Assembly: GCA_963771465.1 (NCBI GenBank)
Contig: CAVYTU010000014.1
Coordinates: forward strand, 320,001-384,000
Length of the DNA: 64,000 nucleotides
Direction of reading: 5' to 3'
Source of the DNA: an uncultured delta proteobacterium
GTDB taxonomy: Bacteria > Desulfobacterota > Binatia > UBA9968
In this document: one piece after another, positions 10,296 to 20,902 of the stretch
Layout: each line of letters starts with the position of its first letter
How positions within the stretch are numbered: position 1 is the first letter of the stretch
Translations under genes and position numbers: made by a program
The notes under the pieces: model-generated
Database searches by the model: none
Told to the model about the DNA's origin: nothing
Seen by the model: the letters and a program-made list of their open reading frames with translations, nothing else

Positions 10296-10883
10296 ATGAT
10301 CTCCGCCGTAATATTGGCCGCTGGGCGCGCCGAACGAATGGGTGAGCCGAAATTGTTTCTGCCTCTGGGCGATAAACCCGTGCTTCAGTGGGTTATCGAA
10401 AGTGCTCTCGCTTCCGATTTGGACGAAGTCATTTGTGTGTCCCGCGAATTGGAATCGGCGCGCCGGCAGATCAAACTCGTCGACGAACGCTTGTTTTGGC
10501 TGCTCAATTACGCCGCGGACCGGGGCCAGAGCACATCAGTGATCGCCGGCTTGTGGGCGGTCAATCCGGAGAGCGAAGGGGTCATGTTTCTCGCCGGGGA
10601 TCAACCGTTGGTTCGTAAAGAGCTGATCAATTCCTTAATTGAAAAATTTCAAGCCAGTTCCGCCCTCATCGTCGCGCCGAAGTTTAAAGACGCGGCGCGC
10701 AATCCTGTACTATTTCGCCGCGAGCTGTTCCCCGATCTGTTAAAGCTCACCGGCGACCGCGGCGAGCGGGCACTCCTGGAAAGCCATAGCATGAAAACCG
10801 CGCTGGTCGAGTGGCAGGATGAGGCTTCGTTCTTAGACATCGCTGAACCGGCGGACTTTGAGCGGCTCAAGGGGCTCGCTTAA
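10296..10883 (+). CDS. mocA: Molybdenum cofactor cytidylyltransferase-like nucleotidyltransferase (MocA/YgfJ)
   Basis: ILAAG..RMG..KL, GQSTS, GDQP, NPVLF, GDRG. Confidence 0.8.
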   Translation: MISAVILAAGRAERMGEPKLFLPLGDKPVLQWVIESALASDLDEVICVSRELESARRQIKLVDERLFWLLNYAADRGQSTSVIAGLWAVNPESEGVMFLAGDQPLVRKELINSLIEKFQASSALIVAPKFKDAARNPVLFRRELFPDLLKLTGDRGERALLESHSMKTALVEWQDEASFLDIAEPADFERLKGLA

Positions 10884-10891
10884 TGGCGCGA

Positions 10892-11995
10892 TCAATATTC
10901 AACAGCGCGGCCAACTGCTTCGGCAATATGCTTCAGGCCATCGCGTTCCAGTAAACGCAGCAAACCCTGATTGATTCGTTTCACCGCGCCTGGCCCTTCG
11001 AAGACCCAACCCGTGTAAATCTGTATCGCGTTGGCTCCCGCCTTTATCTTGTCATACGCGTCTTGAGCGGTGAATATTCCGCCCACGCCGATGATCGGCA
11101 AGCGCCCGTGGGTAATTTGATAAATGTGCGCGATAAATTTCGTCACCATCGCCGTGATCGGCCGGCCGCTCAAGCCACCGGGCTCGGCCCCGTTCGGCGA
11201 TTTCAATCCGTCGCGCATGAATGCGCTGGCGTTGGTGGCGACGATGCCGGTCAAGTTCACCTGTTCGACCACGTCGATGATCTCGTCGACTTGGGAGAAT
11301 TTCATGTCCGGTGCGATCTTGACGAACACCGGTTTCATCGAGCTATTGGCGCGCGCCGATAGCTCGCGGTTTTTTTCTTGCACCGCCGAAAGCAACTCAC
11401 GCAGCAATGACTTCTCCTGCAAGTCGCGCAGGTTCGGCGTGTTCGGCGAGCTGACGTTGAGCGTAAAAAAATCGCCGTGCGGAAACAGCGCTGCGAAACA
11501 CGCGAGAAAATCGCCAACCGCGTCTTTGGTCTCGACGATCTTGGTTCGTCCGATGTTCATGCCCAGTGGAATCTTCGGTCGCCCGTTACGCGCGCCCAAG
11601 CGGTCGAGTTTGAGCGCGATCGCCGCCGCGCCTTCGTTGTTGAAACCAAGGCGATTGATCAAAGCGTTGTCTTCGAGCAACCGGTAAAGCCGCGGCTTGG
11701 GATTGCCCGGTTGCGCCTGCGCCGTGACCGCGCCGACTTCCATGAAGCCGAATCCGAACGCCGATATCATCTTTGGCGCCGTCACGTTTTTGTCGAAACC
11801 GGCGGCGAGCCCGACGGGGTTTGAAAAAGTCAGCGGGCCGATTTTGACCACCAGCCGTTCATCTTCAACGTTGTACCAATCTTCCACCGTGCCGTAGAGA
11901 AACTCCAAACGCGCCAGCAAATGCAAGATGCGCTCGTGGCTTTCCTCCGGGTCTTTGTGAAATAACAGTGGGCGAATCAGCGATTTGTAAAACAT
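10892..11995 (-). CDS. pyrD: Quinone-dependent dihydroorotate dehydrogenase
   Basis: NPVGLAAGFDK, QPGNPKPRL, INRLGFNN, NVSSPNTP, GGLSG, IIGVGGI. Confidence 0.96.
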   Translation of the reverse strand: MFYKSLIRPLLFHKDPEESHERILHLLARLEFLYGTVEDWYNVEDERLVVKIGPLTFSNPVGLAAGFDKNVTAPKMISAFGFGFMEVGAVTAQAQPGNPKPRLYRLLEDNALINRLGFNNEGAAAIALKLDRLGARNGRPKIPLGMNIGRTKIVETKDAVGDFLACFAALFPHGDFFTLNVSSPNTPNLRDLQEKSLLRELLSAVQEKNRELSARANSSMKPVFVKIAPDMKFSQVDEIIDVVEQVNLTGIVATNASAFMRDGLKSPNGAEPGGLSGRPITAMVTKFIAHIYQITHGRLPIIGVGGIFTAQDAYDKIKAGANAIQIYTGWVFEGPGAVKRINQGLLRLLERDGLKHIAEAVGRAVEY

Positions 11996-12060
11996 GTCCC
12001 TTTTATCCATCTAACAACAAAAGGTTTGCGATGGTGATCTTTTCCAGCGGTGACAAAACA

Positions 12061-12088
12061 CGAGGGAGAGCCGGCAAGCTCTCCCTCG
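12061..12088 (-). terminator. Stem-loop, probable intrinsic terminator after the NIPSNAP gene
   Basis: CGAGGGAGAGC-cggcaa-GCTCTCCCTCG, followed by TGTTTT on the minus strand. Confidence 0.65.
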
Positions 12089-12146
12089 AAGAATAATTCA
12101 CCGCGCCAGGTTGACGGCGATGAATCTAACTCGACTGCAGGACAGT

Positions 12147-12764
12147 CTATTTAAACGGCGCGCAGGGCGCAGGCGTCATAATCGTGTTTTCTTGCATGAC
12201 CAAAAGTTCGCGGGTTGGCGGCGGCCAACCTTCGACCGTCTTTGATGCCTCCGCGCGCAGTCGCTCGCGTTCGCCGGCGTCTTTATAGGCCCACACATGA
12301 ATATATTGATTGAGCGGACCGATCATCGACTGACCCGCGAACACCAGCGGTGAGATTTTAGTGCGCGCCGCGATCACTTTGCTCCAGCGCTCCAATACCG
12401 TCGACATGGCGCCGGGTTGATAGGTATAGGTGCGGAATTCATAAAGCTCGCCCAGCTTCTTCTCCGGCAGCGGCGGCGAGAACGGCGCCAGCTGGACAAT
12501 CTTGTTCTCCTGGGTGACGATAAACTCTTGCGTCTTCGGCGGCCACTTGCCGGTCTTGCGCGCCTCGCCACCGATCCGCTCGCGGTCTTCAAAGCTCTCA
12601 TAGGGCCAGACATGGGTTACACGATTGAGACCGCCCACTTCTGAGCAGAATAGTCCAAGCAACTTGGAAAATTGCAGCCGCGCCGTCAAACCCTCGGCGA
12701 AGCGTTCGACAAAGTTGTTGGTCATCCCCGGTTTCAACACGTAGGTCCGCATTTCGAGAAACAT
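12147..12764 (-). CDS. Tandem NIPSNAP-domain protein
   Basis: Two repeats of E.RTY..PG..G.LN..HVW.Y..R..WPP..QEN.I. Confidence 0.9.
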   Translation of the reverse strand: MFLEMRTYVLKPGMTNNFVERFAEGLTARLQFSKLLGLFCSEVGGLNRVTHVWPYESFEDRERIGGEARKTGKWPPKTQEFIVTQENKIVQLAPFSPPLPEKKLGELYEFRTYTYQPGAMSTVLERWSKVIAARTKISPLVFAGQSMIGPLNQYIHVWAYKDAGERERLRAEASKTVEGWPPPTRELLVMQENTIMTPAPCAPFK

Positions 12765-12951
12765 GGCGCATCCCCCTTCGGTTGGTTTTCTATCCTTTCC
12801 CACGAATCCAGCAACAATTGCAACAGGAGATGTTCGCCAATTTGACGTGCGTTTGTCACTTTTGTCGGGGGCGACAAATTTTGTTAACTCAGAATTGCTT
12901 CATCCGCGCAGTTAACAACCCTTTTTACCTCCGTTTCAAAACATCCTTGGA

Positions 12952-12966
12952 TGGTATGTCCTTTGC
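12952..12966 (+). promoter_or_regulatory. Candidate sigma54 promoter for the polysaccharide cassette
   Basis: TGGTATGTCCTTTGC is GG-N10-GC; upstream inverted repeats at 12861-12878 and 12881-12918. Confidence 0.55.
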
Positions 12967-13043
12967 GTAGCGCTCGTATCTCAATCAGCACGCCAAGCAA
13001 GGATTTCTTGAAAGGAATAACAGTTCACGACACAGACACATAT

Positions 13044-14762
13044 ATGGATCAAATTGCACCCCAAGGGGCAGATAGCAGGGCATACAAAGATATGAACGGA
13101 AACGGCGCGCAGGCGCAGGCGATTAGCGGTACGGAACTCATCGGAAAAGGAAACGGACATTCTCAGGTGCCAGCAAGTTCCGAAATCGACTTTGGGCTTC
13201 GACGTCCGCCAGAGAGCCATACTGGTTTAAATTTTTGGAAGACCATCGTTGGTCAAAAACCGTATGAGCGGCACTTGGAAAGCAAAGATCGTTTGCGTCG
13301 AACAACTGGCCAAATTTTTCTCTTGGGCAATGTCGGCTTCGGGCTTTTATATATTTTCTGGTTTTCTTCTGTCCTGAATTGGAGTGTGTGGTACATTTCC
13401 TTACCATTCCTAATAGCGGAAATCGCCGGTTTGATTACGGCAACATATTTCGCCGGGATTATTTGGCACCCGAGATTCCATCGGCCCGAGGGACTTAGTT
13501 GGGACCAGACGCCTTCGGTCGATGTTTTTGTCACTACCTGCGGAGAGCCGCTAACCATACTTCAACGCACACTGACGGCCGTAGCACAAATCGACTATTC
13601 GAGAAAGAAAGTATATATACTCGATGATGCGGCATCCCCTGGCGTGAAAATGCTCGCGGAGCAGAATGGCTGCCATTATATCGCCCGAACTGATCATGCC
13701 AATGCAAAGGCTGGCAATTTAAACCATGGCCTTTCTCAAACGCATGGAGAATTCTTCCTCACCCTCGACGCAGATCAAATTCCGGAAAGAGACATCATTG
13801 CGCGGCTTGTAAGTTACTTTAAGTTTTCCAAAGTGGGATTCGTCCAAAGCGCCCAGCGGTTCGTACTCCCCGATGGAGATCCTTTTGGTAATAGTGATGA
13901 GTTATTCTATAAGGTCATGCAACCCGGTAAAGACAATGACAACTCCGCATTTTCTTGCGGCTCGGGAGTCATTTACCGACGCGCGGCGCTCGAAAGCGTC
14001 GGCGGCTTTAGCACCTGGAACCTGGTCGAAGACGTACACACTTCGATGAAAATCCATGCGAAAGGTTGGAAATCGATATATCACAATCATCCACTTACGA
14101 CAGGGACCGCACCGGCTGATATCCTTAACGTTTACAAACAGCGGCAGCAATGGGCCACCGATTCTTTGAGACTTTTGTTTTGGGATAACCCTTTTAAATA
14201 CGCCGGGCTCACTTTGAAGCAGAAACTTCAATATTTTCAGTTGGGGTTCGTCTATCTGATATCTGGCTTTGCCATGCCGATATATTTCCTAATTCCGTCT
14301 TGGTCCCTTTTGACCGGTCAATTTTTAGCTGACGCACCGGTAACTGATTATATGTTCTATAGAGGTCTCTATTTTTTGTTCGGAATACTAGCGCTGACGA
14401 TTCTCGAACACCCCGCTGATTCTCGAAAACCTTACAAAATGTGGGCAGGGTTATTTCCGATTTTTGTTAAAGCAACTATCGCGGCCATTCGCTCCAAGAC
14501 TCATAAACCTCGTTATGCCGTGAACGGCAAACTCCCAGACAACCCGAGTCTGCTACAGCGCATCAAAGCGATAGTGCCTCAGATGAGCTTCATAGTCCTC
14601 ACGCTGGCATCAATAGCCTTCAGCCTACAGCTCACGACACTTCCCATGGAACTTTTCCTTGTCAACGGACTATGGGGCTGTTGGGTCATCTGGTCACTCA
14701 TCGGTATTTGCACTGCGGCGGTGAAACCGAAAAAGTTTTCCCAGAGTGTCGGTCCCGCATAA
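13044..14762 (+). CDS. Cellulose-synthase-like processive GT2 glycosyltransferase (start uncertain)
   Basis: DVFVTT.GE, ILDD, AKAGNLN, DAD, FVQSAQ, CGS, VED, QRQQW; multiple TMs; no PilZ tail. Confidence 0.9.
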   Translation: MDQIAPQGADSRAYKDMNGNGAQAQAISGTELIGKGNGHSQVPASSEIDFGLRRPPESHTGLNFWKTIVGQKPYERHLESKDRLRRTTGQIFLLGNVGFGLLYIFWFSSVLNWSVWYISLPFLIAEIAGLITATYFAGIIWHPRFHRPEGLSWDQTPSVDVFVTTCGEPLTILQRTLTAVAQIDYSRKKVYILDDAASPGVKMLAEQNGCHYIARTDHANAKAGNLNHGLSQTHGEFFLTLDADQIPERDIIARLVSYFKFSKVGFVQSAQRFVLPDGDPFGNSDELFYKVMQPGKDNDNSAFSCGSGVIYRRAALESVGGFSTWNLVEDVHTSMKIHAKGWKSIYHNHPLTTGTAPADILNVYKQRQQWATDSLRLLFWDNPFKYAGLTLKQKLQYFQLGFVYLISGFAMPIYFLIPSWSLLTGQFLADAPVTDYMFYRGLYFLFGILALTILEHPADSRKPYKMWAGLFPIFVKATIAAIRSKTHKPRYAVNGKLPDNPSLLQRIKAIVPQMSFIVLTLASIAFSLQLTTLPMELFLVNGLWGCWVIWSLIGICTAAVKPKKFSQSVGPA

Positions 14763-14767
14763 TCACC

Positions 14768-15649
14768 GTGCGTCTTGGGCTATATCTTTCTGATTTGCCA
14801 TCTAACTTGGTCAGCGTCGATGGATGGGAGGAGCAATTAAGACATCCTATCGAGCTTCTAAGCATCTATCAGGCATGGGGATCGCAGTACCAGAACTTTT
14901 ACGCTAGGGAACTGGGCGATATCCACAAATCACGACGGACCGCCTTGATCACGTGGGAACCATGGGAGCTGCCGGTTCCGGGTAAATCTTCGAGCGATCA
15001 GCCTTGCTTTACTTTAAAACGGATCATTGCGGGAGATTACGACCCCTATATACGGCACTGGGCTGAGGCATCCAAATCCCTGCGCATACCCTATCATCTC
15101 AGACCGATGCACGAGATGAACGGTAATTGGTACCCTTGGTGCGGCACCGTCAATCAGAACCAGCCAGAGGAATACGTTGAAGCGTGGCGACATTTGCACG
15201 ATATCTTTCTTGAAGTCGGTGCGACTCAGGTTAGCTGGCTATGGTGCCCTTATGCCGCCTCATATCCGAACTCGCCTAAAAATGCCATTTCATGTTATTA
15301 TCCGGGCGATGCTTACGTCGATTGGATCGGTCTCGATGGTTACAATTGGGGGACTAGTCAACCTTGGTCACGATGGCAAAGTTTTCACGAGATATTTTCT
15401 CCCGCGTATGATATCGTCACGGATCTGACGGATAAACCGCTGCTTATTGCTGAGAGCGCTTCAACCGAGAGCGGCGGCAACAAATCTGAATGGATCAGGT
15501 CAGCGTTTGGAGAACTTAAAGACTCGTTTCCCAGAATCGTGGGATTCGTCTGGTTCAACGTTAAGAAAGAATGTGATTGGCGAATCGATTCGTCAGTACA
15601 GGCTCTACAGGCCTTTAGAGAAAGCGTGCAAGATTGGCCTGGGCCGTGA
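14768..15649 (+). CDS. Glycoside hydrolase family 26 (start uncertain)
   Basis: ITWEPW, LRPMHEMNGNWYPW, YYPGD.YVDWIGLDGYN, KPLLIAE. Confidence 0.9.
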   Translation: MRLGLYLSDLPSNLVSVDGWEEQLRHPIELLSIYQAWGSQYQNFYARELGDIHKSRRTALITWEPWELPVPGKSSSDQPCFTLKRIIAGDYDPYIRHWAEASKSLRIPYHLRPMHEMNGNWYPWCGTVNQNQPEEYVEAWRHLHDIFLEVGATQVSWLWCPYAASYPNSPKNAISCYYPGDAYVDWIGLDGYNWGTSQPWSRWQSFHEIFSPAYDIVTDLTDKPLLIAESASTESGGNKSEWIRSAFGELKDSFPRIVGFVWFNVKKECDWRIDSSVQALQAFRESVQDWPGP

Positions 15650-15670
15650 CGGTACAATGAGGGAGGCGGG

Positions 15671-16396
15671 ATGAACGGCTTTAAACATCATTTAATTGCA
15701 TGTTGTGTTTGGAGCTTGTTATTCCTCTGGCCGCTCAAAGCCGTGCCTTCCGAACTTGAGTTGTATACAGGCGCCGCGGTTGACACTCAAGCACAGGGTT
15801 ACGAGTATTTTGGACTAGGATACGGGCAACCGATAAACGACCAGTGGACATTCATGGGAAAGCTAATCGGCAACTTTCTGCATTATGAATACGAGTCGGG
15901 TTCGGACAACATTAGGGCAAAAGCACCAGGATTCAGTTTCAAAATAGGTCCTAAATACTTCACGGAAGGACGCTACTTTATTCTTACTGCGGGCTTGGAC
16001 TATAGGAACACCACACTGAGCCGCAATGACCCGGACTCAAAAACAAAGGGCGCCAAAACCGGAGGCACGGTCGAGGCTATTTATAGCCAAGATCTAGTTG
16101 AAAGGCTCACGACGGATCTCATAGTCAATTATAGTTCCATAGGAAATTTCACCTGGGGACGCGGACGACTCAAATATTTGACGGTCGCCACTCCAGGAAC
16201 GCAGAAGCTATTCTTCGGCATAGAAGGAATCGGACAGGGGAACAGCGATTTTACGGCGCAGCAGGTAGGTGCCGTGGTTGAGTTGCAACGGCTGAAAGAA
16301 CAGTTCTCAATTGTCCTGAGCGGCGGTTATAAGCATAGCAGTACGTTTTCCAACACGGGCTACTTCGGACTCGAGATGTATTACAAGATTTGGTGA
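15671..16396 (+). CDS. Secreted/outer-membrane beta-strand protein, BcsS-like
   Basis: Signal peptide, alternating beta strands, GRGRL..FGIEGIGQGN..F..QQVGA..LSGGY, aromatic C-terminus; GGAGG RBS. Confidence 0.6.
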   Translation: MNGFKHHLIACCVWSLLFLWPLKAVPSELELYTGAAVDTQAQGYEYFGLGYGQPINDQWTFMGKLIGNFLHYEYESGSDNIRAKAPGFSFKIGPKYFTEGRYFILTAGLDYRNTTLSRNDPDSKTKGAKTGGTVEAIYSQDLVERLTTDLIVNYSSIGNFTWGRGRLKYLTVATPGTQKLFFGIEGIGQGNSDFTAQQVGAVVELQRLKEQFSIVLSGGYKHSSTFSNTGYFGLEMYYKIW

Positions 16397-16862
16397 CCAA
16401 GTTCATCGGCCGAATTTCTGGCCAACGAATATTTGTTTGTAATTCTTCTCGCTCACCTCAAATCGTTCGCCTCATTGTATTCCGGTTTAAAGCGAACCTA
16501 CTAGAAGTCAGCGTTTAGGATTTATCCTCTTATCTTTTCTCAGGCCGAAGATATCCATGTCGAAGCGCGGCAGGAAAATTAGGTTTTAACTTTCACCGCG
16601 ACGAGGCCGTTGATCTTGCCATTGAGGTTAATGTTGAAGGCGGCAATTTCGCCGCCGGTTCGATCTCCGGGCTTAACTACCTGGTGATTGGACCGAGAAT
16701 TTTATACCGGCTCATAATTACGTTTCCACTGTTCGCTGCTAGGCGATTCGGCTCGCCAGATTTTCAAATTCCTCCGATTCTGCTAAGACACGGGCAATTG
16801 CTCGTTGAATGCCGTCGCTGCACGCGGCTGATTCCGCCATGGATGACGATCGCAATTAGTAA

Positions 16863-17984
<1,122 letters not shown>

Positions 17985-18097
17985 CCAATCGCGCCCACGG
18001 CCGCATGTCGATGATCGTGCCGCCAACTAAACGCCGGGCCACGGGTTGCGCCGCAAAATACGAGTGAAGTCAGCGAATAATTTCACAAAAAAACGGC

Positions 18098-18126
18098 TTG
18101 CAGTTTACGGAATTTCTTTCTATAAG
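18098..18126 (+). promoter_or_regulatory. Candidate sigma70 promoter for the coxS-M-G-like operon
   Basis: TTGCAG-N17-TATAAG. Confidence 0.55.
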
Positions 18127-18194
18127 AGAGCCCTAGCGAGTTTTTCTAGGCCGCACTGAGAACTCCGCACCCACATATTTAGAAAGGAACAGCA

Positions 18195-18662
18195 ATGGAC
18201 AAGAAGATAAAGTTTCGCGTCAACGGCAAGAAAGTCGAGTTGGAAGTTCCAACCAATCGCCTGTTGATCGACTGCATACGTTACGACGTCGGTCTCACCG
18301 GCACCAAAGAGGGTTGCAGCGTCGGCGTCTGCGGCGCCTGTACCGTGTTGATGGACGGCGACATGATCAGCTCCTGTTTGACCTTGGCGGTCATGGCCGA
18401 CGGCCACGATATCACCACCGTTGAAGGTCTGGCCAAGAACGGCGAGCTCAACCCAGTACAAAAAAGCTTTATTCAATACGGCGGCTTTCAATGCGGCATC
18501 TGCACGCCCGGTCAAGTCGTCGCCGCCACCGCTTTGTTAAAAGAAAATCCCAAACCGAACGAAGACGAGATCAAGGACTGGATGATGGGCAATCTGTGCC
18601 GCTGCACCGGTTACTACAAGATCATCGAGTCGATCGAGAAAGCGCATCAATTCGCCAAATAA
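18195..18662 (+). CDS. Molybdenum hydroxylase small (2Fe-2S) subunit, CoxS/CutS-like
   Basis: GTKEGC..G.CGACTV, QCGICTPG, GNLCRCTGY. Confidence 0.95.
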   Translation: MDKKIKFRVNGKKVELEVPTNRLLIDCIRYDVGLTGTKEGCSVGVCGACTVLMDGDMISSCLTLAVMADGHDITTVEGLAKNGELNPVQKSFIQYGGFQCGICTPGQVVAATALLKENPKPNEDEIKDWMMGNLCRCTGYYKIIESIEKAHQFAK

Positions 18663-18678
18663 TAATAAGGACACAGCC

Positions 18679-19626
18679 ATGATACCCTTTGAATATCGCA
18701 CTCCGAAGAATCTCAAAGAAGTTCACGCCACTTTAAAAGAATTCGGCGGCGACGCCAAGCTGATCGGCGGCGGAACGGCGCTCGTGATCATGATGAAGCA
18801 GCGTCTGGTCCGGCCCAGTTGCCTGGTCGCACTGCGCTCAGTGCGCGGATTGAATGGAATAGAAGTCAAAGACGGCGGTTTGAGCATCGGCGGCCTCGCT
18901 ACCCACCGCGAAGTCGAGAGCTCGTCATTGGTGCGCCGCCGATTGCCCATGCTGGCGGAAACCTTTCATCATGTCGCGACCATCCGCGTGCGCAACATGG
19001 CCACTGTCGGCGGTGGCTTGGCTCACGCCGATCCCAACATGGATCCACCGCCGAGCTTGATCGCTCTCGGCGCCACTCTGAAAGCGACTTCGGCGAGCGG
19101 CAGCCGGATGATTGCGCTCGATGAATTTTTCAAAGACTACTACGAAACCGTGCTCAATCCCGACGAAATCATCACCGAATTGTTCGTGCCGAAAGTGGCT
19201 CCCAATACCGGCGCGGCTTATATAAAATTCTTGCCGCGCACCGCTGACGACTACGCCACCGTATCAGCTGCCGCCGTGCTAACGTTAGACAAGACCAATA
19301 AAACCATCGCCGATGTGCGCATCGCCCTGGGTAGCGTCGGTGTGACGCCGATTCGCGCCACCGAAGCCGAAGCGGTATTGCGCGGCCAGCCGCTCAAGGC
19401 CGAAGCCTTCGCCGAAGCCGGCGAGAAGGCCAAGGGCGCGGTCGATCCGGTCAGCGATTTCCGCGGTTCGGCCGGATACAAGAAAGATATGGCGGCGGTG
19501 TTTGTCCGGCGCGCGCTGGAGAAAGCCCTAGCGGATATCCGCCAGCAGGCAAAAGCCAAAGCGGTGCCCAAGCCCAAACCCGCGCCGAAAAAGAAAGTCG
19601 CCAAGAAGAAAGGCAAGAGGAAGTGA
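18679..19626 (+). CDS. Molybdenum hydroxylase FAD-binding medium subunit, CoxM/CutM-like
   Basis: IGGGTAL, RNMATVGG.LAHADP, DFRGSA.YK; Lys-rich tail. Confidence 0.93.
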   Translation: MIPFEYRTPKNLKEVHATLKEFGGDAKLIGGGTALVIMMKQRLVRPSCLVALRSVRGLNGIEVKDGGLSIGGLATHREVESSSLVRRRLPMLAETFHHVATIRVRNMATVGGGLAHADPNMDPPPSLIALGATLKATSASGSRMIALDEFFKDYYETVLNPDEIITELFVPKVAPNTGAAYIKFLPRTADDYATVSAAAVLTLDKTNKTIADVRIALGSVGVTPIRATEAEAVLRGQPLKAEAFAEAGEKAKGAVDPVSDFRGSAGYKKDMAAVFVRRALEKALADIRQQAKAKAVPKPKPAPKKKVAKKKGKRK

Positions 19627-20069
19627 AATTTTCTCAAACCGCCCAGATTCCCGTAGCCCGCGAACCACTGTGGAACTTTTTAATGGATGTGCCCAAGGTC
19701 GCCAAGTCGCTGCCCGGGGTGGAGTCGGTTAAGAAGATCGACGACACAACCTATGAAGGCGCGCTCACCGTGCGCGTCGGCCCGATTAAGTTGAACTTGC
19801 AAGGCAAGATTATTCTCGAAGAGCAAAATAAGACCGATTGGCGCGCCGCGCTTCGCGCTGAAGCCAAGGACCGTATGGCGGCGGGCGCGGTTAACGGCAA
19901 AACGACGATGAGCTTGAAAGAGATCAGCGCCAATCAAACCGAGCTTGTCGTGGAGACCGATGTCAATATTCTGGGCAAGATCGGCGAGTTCGGTCAACCG
20001 ATCATCCGTAAAAAAGCTGACTCGATGCTCAAAGAGTTCGTCGAAAATATCAAAAAGCAGCTAAGCTAA
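19623..20069 (+). CDS. CoxG/SRPBCC family protein
   Basis: LW.FLMD..LPG, VRVGPI, GKIGEFG..I.KKA. Confidence 0.88.
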   Translation: MKFSQTAQIPVAREPLWNFLMDVPKVAKSLPGVESVKKIDDTTYEGALTVRVGPIKLNLQGKIILEEQNKTDWRAALRAEAKDRMAAGAVNGKTTMSLKEISANQTELVVETDVNILGKIGEFGQPIIRKKADSMLKEFVENIKKQLS

Positions 20070-20902
20070 CTGGGCAGACGCGGCTCGCTATCTTCGTCTA
20101 CCTCGTCATCTTGATCTGAATGGGTTTCCGTTAGCCGGCCGAGGACTCGATTGTAACAGACCTCGGCCAATTTTTTCCGCCCCAGCGAACTATCCGGGTA
20201 ACGAAAACACTCAACCTTCGGCTGGATCGTCACCAGCACTTCGACCCCGCGCAGCGACAACAGCTTCCAAAAGTGCGTGATGAAATCCATCTCGCCGTAC
20301 CAATAGATCAGATCGCGATTGTCGGCGCTGACCAGGCGGTCGTCGATGCTCTTGTACGTGATCGTCGCCGGCACGATGATCGAACGGCTGCGCAGCGGCG
20401 CCGCCAGTGGCACGGTTTGAAACGGCAGCATGCGCTCGCCGTTGGTTGACGTGCCTTCGGGAAACAACAGAATGTTGGCGTCCTGTTTGAGCTTGCGCGC
20501 CATCTCGCGGACCAACCTGCTCACTAGCCACTTATGCTGGCGGTCGATGAAGATCGTGCCGCAGAGAATATTCCACTGGCCGACGATGGGCCAGCTGCGC
20601 ACTTCTTTTTTGGAAACGAAGACGATTGGAAAGATACTGCCTAACACGATGCCGTCGACGTAGCTCGTGTGATTGGCGATGATGACATAGCCGCCCCGTT
20701 CCAGTTGCCCTTCATCCCCCGAGACGGTGACTTTGATATTGAGAATCAAGCGTAACAGCAAGGTGTAAGCGCGATTGAGCCGGCTGACGATTTTCCAGCG
20801 ATTGGGCAGACCGAGAATCGAGATCCACAGGTGCACCAATGCCACCAAGGCGAAGAAAAATGCCCAGAGCGAAAGAAACGCGGTTAACTTAAGCAGGCGC
20901 AT
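20066..20902 (-). CDS. PlsC-family acyltransferase, probable OlsA-like O-acyltransferase
   Basis: NHTSYVD, FIDR, FPEGTS; overlaps the OlsB-like gene. Confidence 0.85.
   Translation of the reverse strand: MRLLKLTAFLSLWAFFFALVALVHLWISILGLPNRWKIVSRLNRAYTLLLRLILNIKVTVSGDEGQLERGGYVIIANHTSYVDGIVLGSIFPIVFVSKKEVRSWPIVGQWNILCGTIFIDRQHKWLVSRLVREMARKLKQDANILLFPEGTSTNGERMLPFQTVPLAAPLRSRSIIVPATITYKSIDDRLVSADNRDLIYWYGEMDFITHFWKLLSLRGVEVLVTIQPKVECFRYPDSSLGRKKLAEVCYNRVLGRLTETHSDQDDEVDEDSEPRLPS

Noticed and set aside
18195-20069. Calling this an aerobic CO dehydrogenase
   Set aside because: Specificity lies in the large subunit, which is absent from the window
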